From contig CAZOFO010000002.1 in assembly GCA_964579265.1 (NCBI GenBank), positions 22,856 to 86,855 of the forward strand: a stretch of DNA of 64,000 nucleotides, written 5' to 3'. The notes beneath the pieces are model-generated. The model was given only the letters and a program-made list of their open reading frames with translations, ran no database searches and was not told the origin of the DNA. This document shows, piece by piece, positions 10,152 through 19,176 of this stretch. The DNA comes from Candidatus Micrarchaeota archaeon. Its GTDB lineage: Archaea > B1Sed10-29. The stretch's first letter is position 1. Every line of letters starts with the position of its first letter. The translations under genes were made by a program, and so were the position numbers.

Positions 10152-10665
10152 AGGTTTTTATCTCCGTTTTATCTTCTTTTATTTTTTTTATTTTGATTTT
10201 TTGGTTTATTTCAATGGTTATGAAGCTTGGTTTGGGGTTTGATCCTCCACCGCTCCAGGCTCCTGTAGCGGTTCCTGGATTTACAAATAATTTTTCTTTT
10301 ATTTTTTCAATGTCGAGTTGATGTGTGTGTCCGTGGATTAATATATCTGTATCTTCTTGTTCAGCTATGTATCTTAATCTGTCTTTGTTTCCTCTTGGGA
10401 AGATTTGGTCTCCATGTAAGGCTGTGATCTTTATTCCTTTTTTTTCTAACTGTATTTTTCTTGGAAAGTTTTCTTTATCTGTATTTCCTTTAACTGTTTT
10501 GGTTTTCGCTATTTTTTGAAGTTCTTTTAATGTTTTTTTGTTTCCTATATCTCCTGTACAGATTATTATTTCCGGTGATTCTTCTTTTAGCTTTTTCTTT
10601 ATTTTTTCAGGGATTTTACGTACTCTGGAGGGTATGTGGAAATCTCCTATGACTGCTATTTTCAT
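10138..10665 (-). CDS. metallophosphoesterase, MJ0936/YfcE-like
   Basis: Calcineurin-like motifs GDFH, GDIGN, GNTD, GHTHQ. Length 175 aa. Confidence 0.75.
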   Translation of the reverse strand: MKIAVIGDFHIPSRVRKIPEKIKKKLKEESPEIIICTGDIGNKKTLKELQKIAKTKTVKGNTDKENFPRKIQLEKKGIKITALHGDQIFPRGNKDRLRYIAEQEDTDILIHGHTHQLDIEKIKEKLFVNPGTATGAWSGGGSNPKPSFITIEINQKIKIKKIKEDKTEIKTYEFN

Positions 10666-10683
10666 TTTTTATCTTTTTTGTTT

Positions 10684-12006
10684 TTAAAATAGTCCTCCTC
10701 CGCCTCGTTCCTGCATTTTTTTCATCATTTGCTGCATATTCCTGCCTTTTCCTCCCTTTAGTTTTTTGATCATTTTTTTACCTTTGTTGAAGTGTTCTAT
10801 TAATTCTTTTACTTCCGCTTCGGTTCTCCCTGATCCTTTTGCTATTCTTTTCTTTCTACTTTGGTTCATTAGGTCTGGATTTTTCATTTCTTCGTTTGTC
10901 ATTGAGTCCAGTATGTACTGGTATTTCTGCATTTTTTCTTCAGTTGCTTCTAGTTCTTCTTTTGGCATTTTTTTCTGTATTCCTAGTGCGCTGAATATTT
11001 TCCCTAGGGAACCCATTTTGTTAACTGCTTCTAGCTGCTTGTAGAAAGTTTGGAAGTCGTATTTTCCTTTCATTAGTTCCTGTGGATCTAGTTCTGTTTC
11101 TTGTGTTGCTCTTTGAACTCTTTTTAGTAATTCTCCGAGGTCTGGTTTTCCAAGGAGGTTTGCCACGAAGTCTTCAGCTTCGAATATTTTGAATTCGTGT
11201 ATTTTTTCTCCCGTTCCTATGAATGATACTGGGATTCCTGCTTGTGAACATGCTGTTAGTGCTCCTCCTGCTTTTGCTGAGGTGTCTGTTTTTGTTACTA
11301 TTACCCCTGTTAGACCTATTTCTTTGTTGAAGTCTTCTGCTATTCTTTCAGCTGTTTTTCCTGTATCTGCTGAGAGGACTAGGAAAGATTCTTCTGGGTT
11401 TAGTTTTTTCTCTATTTCATTTATTTCTTTTAGGAGTTCTTGATTGACATTGTCTCTTCCTGCGGAGTCAATTATTCTGATATCGTAGTTTTCAGTTTTA
11501 TCCAGGTATTTTTCAAGTACTTCTGTTCCTTTTTCAGCTTCCGGTTCTCCGTAGACATCTAGGTTGGATTCTTCTCCTAGTTGTTTCAGTTGTTCGTACG
11601 CTGCGGGCCTATCGGTATCGGTGGTTATGGCGCATACTTTCATTCCTCTTTTAGAGTAGAAATTAGCTAATTTAGCTACTGTAGTTGTTTTTCCTGATCC
11701 ATATAAACCTGTTAGTAATATATCATGGCCTTTCATCCTTGGTTTGTATTCTTCTCCACCAAGAGCTTCTTTTAGTTCATTATATATGAGTTTAGTTATG
11801 AATTCTTTTTTGGAGACACCTTTTGGAAATTCTTTTTCTTTTATTTCTTCTTTTATATTATCAGTTATTTGTTTTACTAATTCTACTGATACATCTGCCT
11901 GTATTAATATTCTCTGTATATCTTTGGTTATTTCTTCAACTAGTTCCTCGTCTATGACTCTTGATTGAGTTATTTTGTTCATTACGTTCTGCAGTTTGTC
12001 TAACAT
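10684..12006 (-). CDS. srp54: signal recognition particle protein SRP54
   Basis: N domain; G domain with GLYGSGKTTT and DSAGR; C-terminal Met-rich M domain ending in a GGG tail. Confidence 0.9.
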   Translation of the reverse strand: MLDKLQNVMNKITQSRVIDEELVEEITKDIQRILIQADVSVELVKQITDNIKEEIKEKEFPKGVSKKEFITKLIYNELKEALGGEEYKPRMKGHDILLTGLYGSGKTTTVAKLANFYSKRGMKVCAITTDTDRPAAYEQLKQLGEESNLDVYGEPEAEKGTEVLEKYLDKTENYDIRIIDSAGRDNVNQELLKEINEIEKKLNPEESFLVLSADTGKTAERIAEDFNKEIGLTGVIVTKTDTSAKAGGALTACSQAGIPVSFIGTGEKIHEFKIFEAEDFVANLLGKPDLGELLKRVQRATQETELDPQELMKGKYDFQTFYKQLEAVNKMGSLGKIFSALGIQKKMPKEELEATEEKMQKYQYILDSMTNEEMKNPDLMNQSRKKRIAKGSGRTEAEVKELIEHFNKGKKMIKKLKGGKGRNMQQMMKKMQERGGGGLF

Positions 12007-12033
12007 ACTAACACGTTATTATTTCTTTGTTCT

Positions 12034-12984
12034 TTAAGGTATTATTTTATCTATAAACCATTGTTTTTTAAATTCTTTTAAATCTTTGATTTTTTGACCT
12101 GTTCCTATGTAGTGTATTGGTTTTTTTATGATACTGGAAAGGGATAATAAGCAACCTCCTTTAGCGTCTGTGTCTACTTTGGTTACTATAAATCCGTCTA
12201 TCCCTATTTTATCATTAAATTTCTTTGCTTGATCGACTGCAGCATTTCCTGCTACTGCTTCAGTGACATAAATGGTTTTGTCAGGTTCAGTTACATCTTT
12301 TATTTTTTCCAGTTGCCTCATGAGGTTTTTATCGAGTTCGCTTCTACCTGCAGTGTCTATGAGTACTACATCTTTGTTTTTTGCCTCTGCGTGTTCTTTA
12401 GCATCGTAACATACTGCAGCAGGGTCAGCTCCGTATTCGTGTTTTATTAGTTTAGCGTCGAGTTTTTCAGACCATTTCTCTATTTGTTCTATACTAGCTG
12501 CTCTGAAAGTATCTGCTGCTGCTAGTACTATTTCTTTTCCTTCTTCTTGAAGCATTTTTCCTGTTTTAGCTATAGTGGTGGTTTTACCATGCCCGTTTGG
12601 ACCTAAAAAAAGCACTAGGTAAGGTTCTGAGTCTTTTTTATCCTTTATTTCTTGGTGTAAATAGGTTTCTGGTTCCTTAAGATGTTCTTGTAGAATATTT
12701 TTTATTGTTTCTTTAATTATCTTTGTTAAATTCTCTTTAGCTTTTATTTCTCTCTCTGTTAGAGCATCTTTAATTTGTTTTTCTATATCTTCTGCAACCT
12801 CTAGGGAGACATCAGAGCTCAGTAAAGATAATCTGAGCTCTTCTAATGGTTCTTTGATATCTTTCTCTTTTATAGTTGTTTTTCTTTTTATTTTTTTCTT
12901 CAGTTTTGTCTCCAGAGATGGTTTTGCCTCAAGCTCTTCCTCTCCGAGGAAGTCTTGAAACTGTTCTCTCAGCTTCTCAAACAT
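12034..12984 (-). CDS. ftsY: signal recognition particle receptor FtsY
   Basis: GPNGHGKTTTIAK, AADTFRAASIEQ, DTAGR and GIDGFIVTKVD match the SRP GTPase family. It lies adjacent to srp54. Confidence 0.9.
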   Translation of the reverse strand: MFEKLREQFQDFLGEEELEAKPSLETKLKKKIKRKTTIKEKDIKEPLEELRLSLLSSDVSLEVAEDIEKQIKDALTEREIKAKENLTKIIKETIKNILQEHLKEPETYLHQEIKDKKDSEPYLVLFLGPNGHGKTTTIAKTGKMLQEEGKEIVLAAADTFRAASIEQIEKWSEKLDAKLIKHEYGADPAAVCYDAKEHAEAKNKDVVLIDTAGRSELDKNLMRQLEKIKDVTEPDKTIYVTEAVAGNAAVDQAKKFNDKIGIDGFIVTKVDTDAKGGCLLSLSSIIKKPIHYIGTGQKIKDLKEFKKQWFIDKIIP

Positions 12985-12995
12985 TTTTTTATCCT

Positions 12996-13406
12996 TTACT
13001 GTCCTGATTGAGGTTGTGGCCTCATCTGGCTAGCCATTTGTTTGTATTGGTTCTGTAATTTTTGCAGTTGAGCTTTTAAGTTTTTTCTAGCTTCTATTAA
13101 GCTGTCTTTTCTATCTCCTAATGTATTTATTGCTTTTTTAGGTGTTTTTTCTATTACTACTCCTGCTCCTGCTTCTACCAGTGTTTTTTCTGTATTTTTT
13201 ATCTCTGCAGGCATGTAAACTCCTTCTCCTACTGGTGAGATTATTTCTTGTTCTTTTTTTTCCGATATTTCTTCTATTCCTTCTCTAGTTGAATCTATTC
13301 TGTTTATCTGTTGGTTCACCTGTTGTAGGTCTTCCTGTATTTTTTTCATCCTTTGTTGTATTCTTCTTATCTGTAGAGCCATTTTTTGTTGTTCTTGTTG
13401 AGTCAT
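12996..13406 (-). CDS. pfdA: prefoldin alpha subunit
   Basis: Coiled coil with the central hairpin SPVGEGVYMPAEI...LVEAGAGVVIE. Lies in the conserved archaeal ftsY-pfdA neighbourhood. Confidence 0.65.
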   Translation of the reverse strand: MTQQEQQKMALQIRRIQQRMKKIQEDLQQVNQQINRIDSTREGIEEISEKKEQEIISPVGEGVYMPAEIKNTEKTLVEAGAGVVIEKTPKKAINTLGDRKDSLIEARKNLKAQLQKLQNQYKQMASQMRPQPQSGQ

Positions 13407-13427
13407 ATTCTGTTACCTCCTATATCA

Positions 13428-14060
13428 TTAATCGAGTACAAATACTTCGTCTATCCTATTTATTTCTGGTCCTGTGGTTTCTTTTCCTACTAGTATTCCT
13501 TCATTGTTTCCTATTATTCCGTTTTTTATGTATGGATCTCCAAAATTTACTGTGCCTATTTTTCCTTCTACTTCATATGTTTCTTCTAGTTTTTCGATTT
13601 CTTTTTCTTTTGTATTTCTGTGGGCTAGAAATCCTTTGTCAGTAGCAAAGACAGTTGATCCTACTAAAGTTGTTCCTGCTATTTCCAGTGTTGGTGCTTC
13701 TACCTTTTCTTTTAAGAATTTACTTGTAGCGATTCCATTGTTATTCATTGCTACTAAATTACCTATTGCTGTATATTTAGTATCAATAACTTCTATTTCT
13801 TCGAAATAATTCTCTAGAGTTTCTTTTTCGTGTTCCATTATTGTTGAAGGTAATATTATCCTTTTATCATTCATTGCAGTAAATACTCCTATTAGATTGG
13901 AGTTGCATATGGTTGTTTCAACTATTTCGGTTTTTAGAGTTTCTTTTATTTTTTTCCTGTAGTTTTCAGTGGATGTAGGTGGGACTATGGTTATCTCATT
14001 ATTTGATTTTGAGAATACTCCTATCTCAGATGATTTTTGATAACTCGTTCTACCTATCAT
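13428..14060 (-). CDS. eif6: translation initiation factor 6 (aIF6)
   Basis: Five-fold repeat pattern with SNLIGVF, AIGNLVAMNNNG and LVGSTVFATDKG. Adjacent to L31e as in other archaea. Confidence 0.8.
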   Translation of the reverse strand: MIGRTSYQKSSEIGVFSKSNNEITIVPPTSTENYRKKIKETLKTEIVETTICNSNLIGVFTAMNDKRIILPSTIMEHEKETLENYFEEIEVIDTKYTAIGNLVAMNNNGIATSKFLKEKVEAPTLEIAGTTLVGSTVFATDKGFLAHRNTKEKEIEKLEETYEVEGKIGTVNFGDPYIKNGIIGNNEGILVGKETTGPEINRIDEVFVLD

Positions 14061-14094
14061 TTTAGCACCATTTGTTCCTTTGCTTTGCTAGGGT

Positions 14095-14589
14095 CTACTG
14101 TTCCGCCGGATAAGCAGTTGCTCTTTCAGGAGTCATTTCAACTTTTATTTGGATCTTTGATGGGGGTTTATTTCCTTTTTTCCAGATTTCTTCATTTAGT
14201 TGCCCTGATATCTTTACTTCTCTTTTTAGATGTTTTTTAAGATGTTTTCTTATCACTTTTGCTGCTTTCTTTGATCTTTTCTTTCTTGGAGCTCTTTTTG
14301 CTTTTTTCAGAGGCACTGTAATGTATCTTTCTTCTGTAGGTACTTCTATCTCTTCTGGTTCTTCCTCTTCAGCTGCTTCCATTGTTTCTTCTAGGCCTGC
14401 TTCTTTTAGTTCTTCCTGTATTTCTTCCATTTCTGGTGTTTTTTCAATATCTTCTGTTTCTATTTTAGTTTCTTCTGTCTCTTCTATATCTTTTTCTTCC
14501 GGTTCTTCCTGTTCTGCTTCTTCTATTTGTTCTTCATTTTCTTCTTCTTGTTTCGATTTTTCGTTTTCTTCTTCTGGCATTTTAGGCAC
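14095..14589 (-). CDS. rpl31e: 50S ribosomal protein L31e with an acidic N-terminal extension
   Basis: C-terminal half KKAAKVIRKHLKKHLKREVKISGQLNEEIWKKGNKPPSKIQIKV matches L31e. The N-terminus is a long E-rich tail. Confidence 0.75.
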   Translation of the reverse strand: MPKMPEEENEKSKQEEENEEQIEEAEQEEPEEKDIEETEETKIETEDIEKTPEMEEIQEELKEAGLEETMEAAEEEEPEEIEVPTEERYITVPLKKAKRAPRKKRSKKAAKVIRKHLKKHLKREVKISGQLNEEIWKKGNKPPSKIQIKVEMTPERATAYPAEQ

Positions 14590-14593
14590 CTTT

Positions 14594-14800
14594 TTATTCG
14601 TTTTTCTCCATTTTGTTCTTTATTCTGTTGGAAAGTTTATTTCTTCTCCAATCTCTTAGTTCTGCTCTTTTCCTCATTGGATGCCAATTTATATCTTCAG
14701 TTTTCTGCATTACCCATATTGGTGGCGTTTGATTGGATTTATTGGCGCTTGCGAGTCGTTTCTTCATTTCTTGGTCTTTGTTGCTTGACATGTTTCTCAC
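14594..14800 (-). CDS. rpl39e: 50S ribosomal protein L39e
   Basis: KKRLASANKSNQTPPIWVMQKT...RKRAELRDWRRNKL matches the L39e consensus. Confidence 0.75.
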   Translation of the reverse strand: MRNMSSNKDQEMKKRLASANKSNQTPPIWVMQKTEDINWHPMRKRAELRDWRRNKLSNRIKNKMEKNE

Positions 14801-14844
14801 CTAATTTTATATTAACTTTATCTTGGTTTTGTTCTTCCTTTTAT

Positions 14845-15177
14845 TTATTTTCTTTTGATGTTTAATTCTTTTTTTCCCTTATTGATTTGTTTTAGGAGTT
14901 CTTTTAGTTTTTCATCGTCTATTTTACCTTTTATTTGTCCTGATCTGTGTAGTCGGATTATTAGTGATTCTATTTTTTCTGCTTTTTCCGGTTTTGCTGC
15001 TCTTATTCTGCCCAGTCTTTCTCTTGCTTTTTTTGTAAGTGCTTGTTTTAGCATTTGTTTTTTCATTGCTTCTGCTTGTTTCTGTGCTTGTTCCTGTTTC
15101 TCTTGTCTTCCTTCTCTCATTTTTTCTTTTAGTTCTTGTTTTTTCTTTTCTCTTATTTCAGAGAGGTCTTCAGGCAT
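14845..15177 (-). CDS. PDCD5-like dsDNA-binding protein (MTH1615 family)
   Basis: K/E-rich N-terminus. C-terminal RLGRIRAAKPEKAEKIESLIIRL...GQIKGKIDDEKLKELL is the dsDNA-binding motif. Sits in the conserved position next to S19e. Confidence 0.6.
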   Translation of the reverse strand: MPEDLSEIREKKKQELKEKMREGRQEKQEQAQKQAEAMKKQMLKQALTKKARERLGRIRAAKPEKAEKIESLIIRLHRSGQIKGKIDDEKLKELLKQINKGKKELNIKRK

Positions 15178-15195
15178 TTTTTATCCTTTTTTAAC

Positions 15196-15615
15196 TTATT
15201 TATTGCTTTTTATTTTATTAGTGGTTTCTATAAGCAGAGATTTTCCTTCTGGAGTGGTCTTTCTTCCTTTTTCTGCCTTTTCCAAGTATCCTGCATCTTC
15301 AAGTTGTTGTGTTGCTGTTCTTATTATTTTTCCACTTGCTTTTCTGTGTTTTTCCGGTGCTGCTCCTCTATCTTTTCTTCCGCCGTACCAGGATCTCAGG
15401 GAGTTTATTCCTATTTCTGGGTTCAGGTGTACTTTTCTAAGTATTGATGCTGATCTCTTATACCACCAGTCTTCTTCTTTTGGTCTTCTTTCTCTGTCTT
15501 GTCCTGTTTTAACGTGTTCTGCCCATTTTGGCTTTTTTATTTTTTCTTCTTCTTTCAATTTCTCTGCAACTTCTTCTATAAGTTCAGATGCTTTTACTTC
15601 CTGAATATTAACCAT
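15196..15615 (-). CDS. rps19e: 30S ribosomal protein S19e
   Basis: MVNIQEVKASELIEEVAEKLK, PKWAEHVKTG, WWYKRSASILRK and GGRKDRG match S19e. Confidence 0.85.
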   Translation of the reverse strand: MVNIQEVKASELIEEVAEKLKEEEKIKKPKWAEHVKTGQDRERRPKEEDWWYKRSASILRKVHLNPEIGINSLRSWYGGRKDRGAAPEKHRKASGKIIRTATQQLEDAGYLEKAEKGRKTTPEGKSLLIETTNKIKSNK

Positions 15616-15759
15616 TTAATCACCTTTAAAAATTTTTCTAGGTTTTCTCTGTTCTTTAGAGAATTCTGTTTTATGTTTGTGTATGGTTTTTTGTGTTCTT
15701 CTTATTTATAACTCTTAATATCAGATGATGATACAGGCATTTTTTTAGGTTTTTACTTT

Positions 15760-16068
15760 TTATTCTTCATTGTAACCGTAGGTTCTTTTTTCTTTACATT
15801 TAAAGCATTCGTATATCATTCTACTATTTTTAGAGTCTATTCGAACTTTAACTGTTTCTCCTGGAACCCAGTAGTTGTAGCAATCAGGGCAGAATCTTTT
15901 TTTGAAGCCTTTTGGAATAGTTTTGTTGTATTTTTCAGATATATTGTGGGCTAGTTCCATGTATCTTCTTGATCTTTCAGGATTATCTTCAAACTCTTTT
16001 TTAGCTTGTTCAAAGAGCCTTCTTATCCTTTTTTCAGCTAGTTTTTTTACCCATCTTGGTTTTGACAT
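15760..16068 (-). CDS. rnp4: RNase P protein component Rpp21/Rnp4
   Basis: RRYMELAHNIS followed by the zinc ribbon FCPDCYNYWVPGETVKVRI...YECFKC. Confidence 0.7.
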   Translation of the reverse strand: MSKPRWVKKLAEKRIRRLFEQAKKEFEDNPERSRRYMELAHNISEKYNKTIPKGFKKRFCPDCYNYWVPGETVKVRIDSKNSRMIYECFKCKEKRTYGYNEE

Positions 16069-16139
16069 GGTTAATACCTATGGTTTGTGGTCTCGGTTTA
16101 TTTTTGTTCTGTGTGCTTTAAAATTATTTCAGAAGAATT

Positions 16140-16150
16140 TTAGGCACTAC
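16140..16150 (-). promoter_or_regulatory. copy of the conserved 11-mer GTAGTGCCTAA in minus orientation, about 70 nt upstream of the rnp4 start
   Basis: The plus strand reads ttaggcactac, i.e. acatGTAGTGCCTAAaat on the minus strand. An A/T-rich TATA-like stretch lies upstream on the minus strand. Confidence 0.5.
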
Positions 16151-16200
16151 ATGTATTTTTTGAGTTCATAAATCAAGAAAGAGTTTGAAGTATAATAAGG

Positions 16201-16305
16201 ATGCGCCGACCGGGATTCGAACCCGGGTTGTTGGCTTGGAAGGCCAATGTTTGTTAGTCCAGCTGTTGTTCCAGGTGGACTCTTAACCCCTGGACCATCG
16301 GCGCT
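16201..16305 (-). tRNA. tRNA with a Gly-like anticodon arm (UCC); the 5' half carries about 28 nt of extra sequence, suggesting non-canonical intron(s)
   Basis: On the minus strand: acceptor GCGCCGA/TCGGCGC, T arm CCGGG-TTCGAAT-CCCGG, anticodon arm TTGGC-CTTCCAA-GCCAA. About 50 nt lie between the acceptor 5' strand and the anticodon stem instead of about 20. A D stem GTCC...GGAC can form only if a roughly 20-nt insert is removed. Confidence 0.55.
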
Positions 16306-16333
16306 TTTCTTTACTTATTATTTTTTTAATGTA

Positions 16334-16888
16334 TTACTTTAAATCCTCTAGTGTTATTTCTTCTTCAAAAGGTTTGGTTCCTTTAGGATGGTTTATGAAT
16401 GGTGTTATTAGGATTATACCTATTATCGTTATTATTACTATGCTTATTATAACTACTAGATTATCTAGTATGAAGTTTATTAAGGTTGTTCTATCGCTTT
16501 CTTCGAACGCTGGGTCAGGTTCAGCTTCTATTTTTCTAGTTTCGATATTTCCAAGTATTTCTGATACTATTGAAACTTCAAATTCTTCTTTTTGAGTTAT
16601 TCTAAAATTAAAAATATATTTTTTTGTTTCATCCCCCTCTATGGACACTTCCTGTGTTTTATAACCTGTTTCTTCCGAACCTGCCTCTATTTTGAAGTTT
16701 TGAGGTTCTCCACATTGATTTTCAACAAATACCTGTATTTCTAATTGGTTTCCTTCTACAGTTTTTCTAATATTAGTTATTTCAAGGCAGTTGCTGCTTC
16801 CGGTTTCAGCTATGATTGGAAGAACGAGAAAAATGGAGGATAATATTAAAATTTTTCTTATTGGTTTTTTAGAGAGTCTTTTTTTCAT
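16334..16888 (-). CDS. secreted/membrane-anchored hypothetical protein
   Basis: N-terminal signal-like hydrophobic segment; C-terminal TM segment VVIISIVIITIIGIILI. No recognisable domain. Confidence 0.4.
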   Translation of the reverse strand: MKKRLSKKPIRKILILSSIFLVLPIIAETGSSNCLEITNIRKTVEGNQLEIQVFVENQCGEPQNFKIEAGSEETGYKTQEVSIEGDETKKYIFNFRITQKEEFEVSIVSEILGNIETRKIEAEPDPAFEESDRTTLINFILDNLVVIISIVIITIIGIILITPFINHPKGTKPFEEEITLEDLK

Positions 16889-16925
16889 ATTATTACTTTT
16901 TATTTTTGTTTTTGAGGTAGAGGAA

Positions 16926-16997
16926 TGGGAAGACGGGGATTTGAACCCCGGACAACCGCCTCTTCAGGGCGGCGCTCTCCCGCTGAGCTATCTTCCC
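16926..16997 (-). tRNA. tRNA-Phe (GAA)
   Basis: Minus strand: GGGAAGA-TA-GCTC-AGCGGGAGA-GAGC-G-CCGCC-CTGAAGA-GGCGG-TTGTC-CGGGG-TTCAAAT-CCCCG-TCTTCCC-A. Full cloverleaf with anticodon GAA. Confidence 0.85.
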
Positions 16998-17008
16998 TGG
17001 TAAAAAAT

Positions 17009-17113
17009 GGGCCGGACGGGATTTGAACCCGCGGCTACCAGGTTTCTTCAGGGTTTATGTATTAATATAACCCTTTAAAAGCCTGGTGCTCTGCCAGACT
17101 GAGCTACCGGCCC
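17009..17113 (-). tRNA. tRNA-Lys (UUU) with an intron of about 32 nt at the canonical 37/38 position
   Basis: Minus strand: GGGCCGG-TA-GCTC-AGTCTGGCA-GAGC-A-CCAGG-CTTTTA[intron AAGGGTTATATTAATACATAAACCCTGAAGA]A-CCTGG-TAGCC-GCGGG-TTCAAAT-CCCGT-CCGGCCC-A. The exact intron ends are ambiguous within the A runs. Confidence 0.75.
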
Positions 17114-17293
17114 TTTTAATATCCGGATCATAGGATAAAGGGCAATACTATAACTATATTGCCACTTTAAAACATATGTCGAATCTTGTTATCCTCCTCA
17201 TTAAATCAGTTTTATCCTCTCTTTGTTTTTAATCATTCGTTTTATTAATTCCTTATTCCCAGAGACTCTTGAAATATAATATCTGGCTTGAAT

Positions 17294-17304
17294 GTAGTGC
17301 CTAA
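17294..17304 (+). promoter_or_regulatory. conserved 11-mer GTAGTGCCTAA downstream of a TATA-like box, upstream of aTrm56
   Basis: aaatataatatctggcttgaatGTAGTGCCTAAttttt lies 20-65 nt before the candidate start codons. Confidence 0.5.
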
Positions 17305-17322
17305 TTTTTCTATTGATTTACC

Positions 17323-17895
17323 ATGCTAATTATTTTAACAGGTATGAGAATAAATCAATTGGATAAGATGCTAAAAGTTCTCAGGCTCGGGCACAGGAGA
17401 GAAAGAGATAAGAGGATGACAACCCACACAGCCCTCACAGCTAGGGCTTTAGGAGCAGATGAATTCATATTTACAGGAGATAAGGATAAAAAACTATTAA
17501 AGAATATAAGGGACGTAGTAGATAGATTTGGAGGAGCATTCACATTAAGACACAGCAAAGACTGGAAAAAAACTGTTGATAAATTTAAAGAAAAAGGGAA
17601 GGTAGTTCATTTAACAATGTACGGGGAAAAAATACAGAATTTAGAAAGAGAAATAAAGAAAATGGAGAAATGCCTAGTAATAATAGGAGGTAAAAAAGTA
17701 CCTGGAGAAGCATATGAAACAGCTGATTATAACATTGCAGTTACAAATCAACCTCATTCAGAAGTTTCCTCCCTTGCAGTATTCCTAGACAGATATTACA
17801 ATGGAGAAGAACTAGATTTTGAGTTTCAAGGGGGAAAAATAGAAATAAAACCAAATCAATCAGGTAAAACAGTAAAAGAAAACCAAAAAGAATAA
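17323..17895 (+). CDS. trm56: tRNA (cytidine56-2'-O)-methyltransferase aTrm56 (SPOUT)
   Basis: LRLGHRRERDKRMTTHTALTARALGA is the aTrm56 N-terminal signature. The true start is probably the internal Met at 17368 (MLKVLRLGH). Confidence 0.75.
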   Translation: MLIILTGMRINQLDKMLKVLRLGHRRERDKRMTTHTALTARALGADEFIFTGDKDKKLLKNIRDVVDRFGGAFTLRHSKDWKKTVDKFKEKGKVVHLTMYGEKIQNLEREIKKMEKCLVIIGGKKVPGEAYETADYNIAVTNQPHSEVSSLAVFLDRYYNGEELDFEFQGGKIEIKPNQSGKTVKENQKE

Positions 17896-17972
17896 AAAAT
17901 GAGATAAAAAAGAAAAGAACAAGGAGAAAATAAGAATAAATAATACGAAAAACAAAAGAGGAATAGACTTCT

Positions 17973-18542
17973 ATGGATATCAATCTAGATAGCCCCTTAG
18001 TAAAAGATTTCGTTGAAAAAAAAGCAGGTCCAAAAGCCTATTCAATACTAAAAGCAATGAACAAAGATAAAAAGAATACAGAAAAATCAGAAGACATCAA
18101 CGAAGAAAACAGAAGCGATCCAGATAAAGAGGGAAGAACAGACCAAGAAATAAAAGAAGAAGTTGAAATAGAAGAAATAAACGAAATAAGATCAGTTCTA
18201 AACAGGCTTCATTACTTAGGAATAATAGAATACGATAAAGAAAAAGCAAAAAAAAGTAATTGGTATACGTATACATGGTCTATTAAAAGAGACAGGATAA
18301 AAGAATTACTAAAAGAAAGATACGAAGAAGAACTAGAAAAACTGGAAAAAGAACTAGAAATGAAACAAAACTATGTTTTCTTCGAATGCGAAAACGGATG
18401 TGACAAACACCCATTCGAAGTAGCCTACGAATACGATTTTGAATGTCCTGATTGTGGAGAAAAGATGGATAAATCCAAAGAGAATGGAAAAGAAGAAATA
18501 AAAGAAAGAATAGGAGAAATAAAAGAATTCCTAGGTAAATAA
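17973..18542 (+). CDS. tfe: transcription factor E (TFE alpha-like)
   Basis: Winged-helix region LNRLHYLGIIEYDKE...SNWYTYTWSI followed by the zinc ribbon FFECENGC...FECPDCGEKM. Confidence 0.6.
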   Translation: MDINLDSPLVKDFVEKKAGPKAYSILKAMNKDKKNTEKSEDINEENRSDPDKEGRTDQEIKEEVEIEEINEIRSVLNRLHYLGIIEYDKEKAKKSNWYTYTWSIKRDRIKELLKERYEEELEKLEKELEMKQNYVFFECENGCDKHPFEVAYEYDFECPDCGEKMDKSKENGKEEIKERIGEIKEFLGK

Positions 18543-18543
18543 A

Positions 18544-19176
18544 ATGCCTGAAACTAATGTAAAATTAGTTGAAAAACTAGTTGAAGAAGGAATAATAAAT
18601 ACTGAGAAAGTAAAAGAAGCTTTTCTAAAGATTAAAAGAGAAGATTTTGTTCCAGAAAAATTAGAAGAATACAGCTATCTAGATAAACCTCTATCAATAG
18701 GATCCGGACAAACTATTTCTGCACCTCACATGGTAGCTATGATGACAGAATACTTAAAATTAGAGAAAAATTCTAAAGTAATGGAAATAGGAACAGGTTC
18801 AGGATATCAAGCAGCTATTATATCACACATAATCGGAGAAGGAAAACTACATACTATAGAGAAAATAGAAGAACTATACAAACAATCAAAAGAAAAACTG
18901 AAACCTTACAAAAACATAAAAGTCTATAAAGGAGATGGATCTCTAGGAATACCGCAAGCAGCCCCCTTCGACAGGATAATATCAACCTGTGGAGCACCGG
19001 AAATTCCAAATTCCTGGGGAAAACAACTAAAAGAAAATGGAATAATAGTAGCTCCAGTTGGAGGAAAAAGACACCAGAAACTTAAAAGATATGAAAAAAG
19101 AAAAGGAGAACTAAAAGAAGAAGATTTGAATATCCCGTGCGCATTCGTACCTATGAAAGGAAAGAATGGGTTTTAA
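18544..19176 (+). CDS. pcm: protein-L-isoaspartate O-methyltransferase
   Basis: REDFVPE, SIGSGQTISAPHMVAMM, VMEIGTGSGYQAA, VYKGDGSLG and GIIVAPVG match PIMT. Confidence 0.85.
   Translation: MPETNVKLVEKLVEEGIINTEKVKEAFLKIKREDFVPEKLEEYSYLDKPLSIGSGQTISAPHMVAMMTEYLKLEKNSKVMEIGTGSGYQAAIISHIIGEGKLHTIEKIEELYKQSKEKLKPYKNIKVYKGDGSLGIPQAAPFDRIISTCGAPEIPNSWGKQLKENGIIVAPVGGKRHQKLKRYEKRKGELKEEDLNIPCAFVPMKGKNGF

Noticed and set aside
15721-15735. C-box-like GATGATGA upstream of the Rpp21 gene 3' end, as a possible second C/D-box sRNA
   Set aside because: No matching D box (CTGA) lies at an appropriate distance on the same strand.
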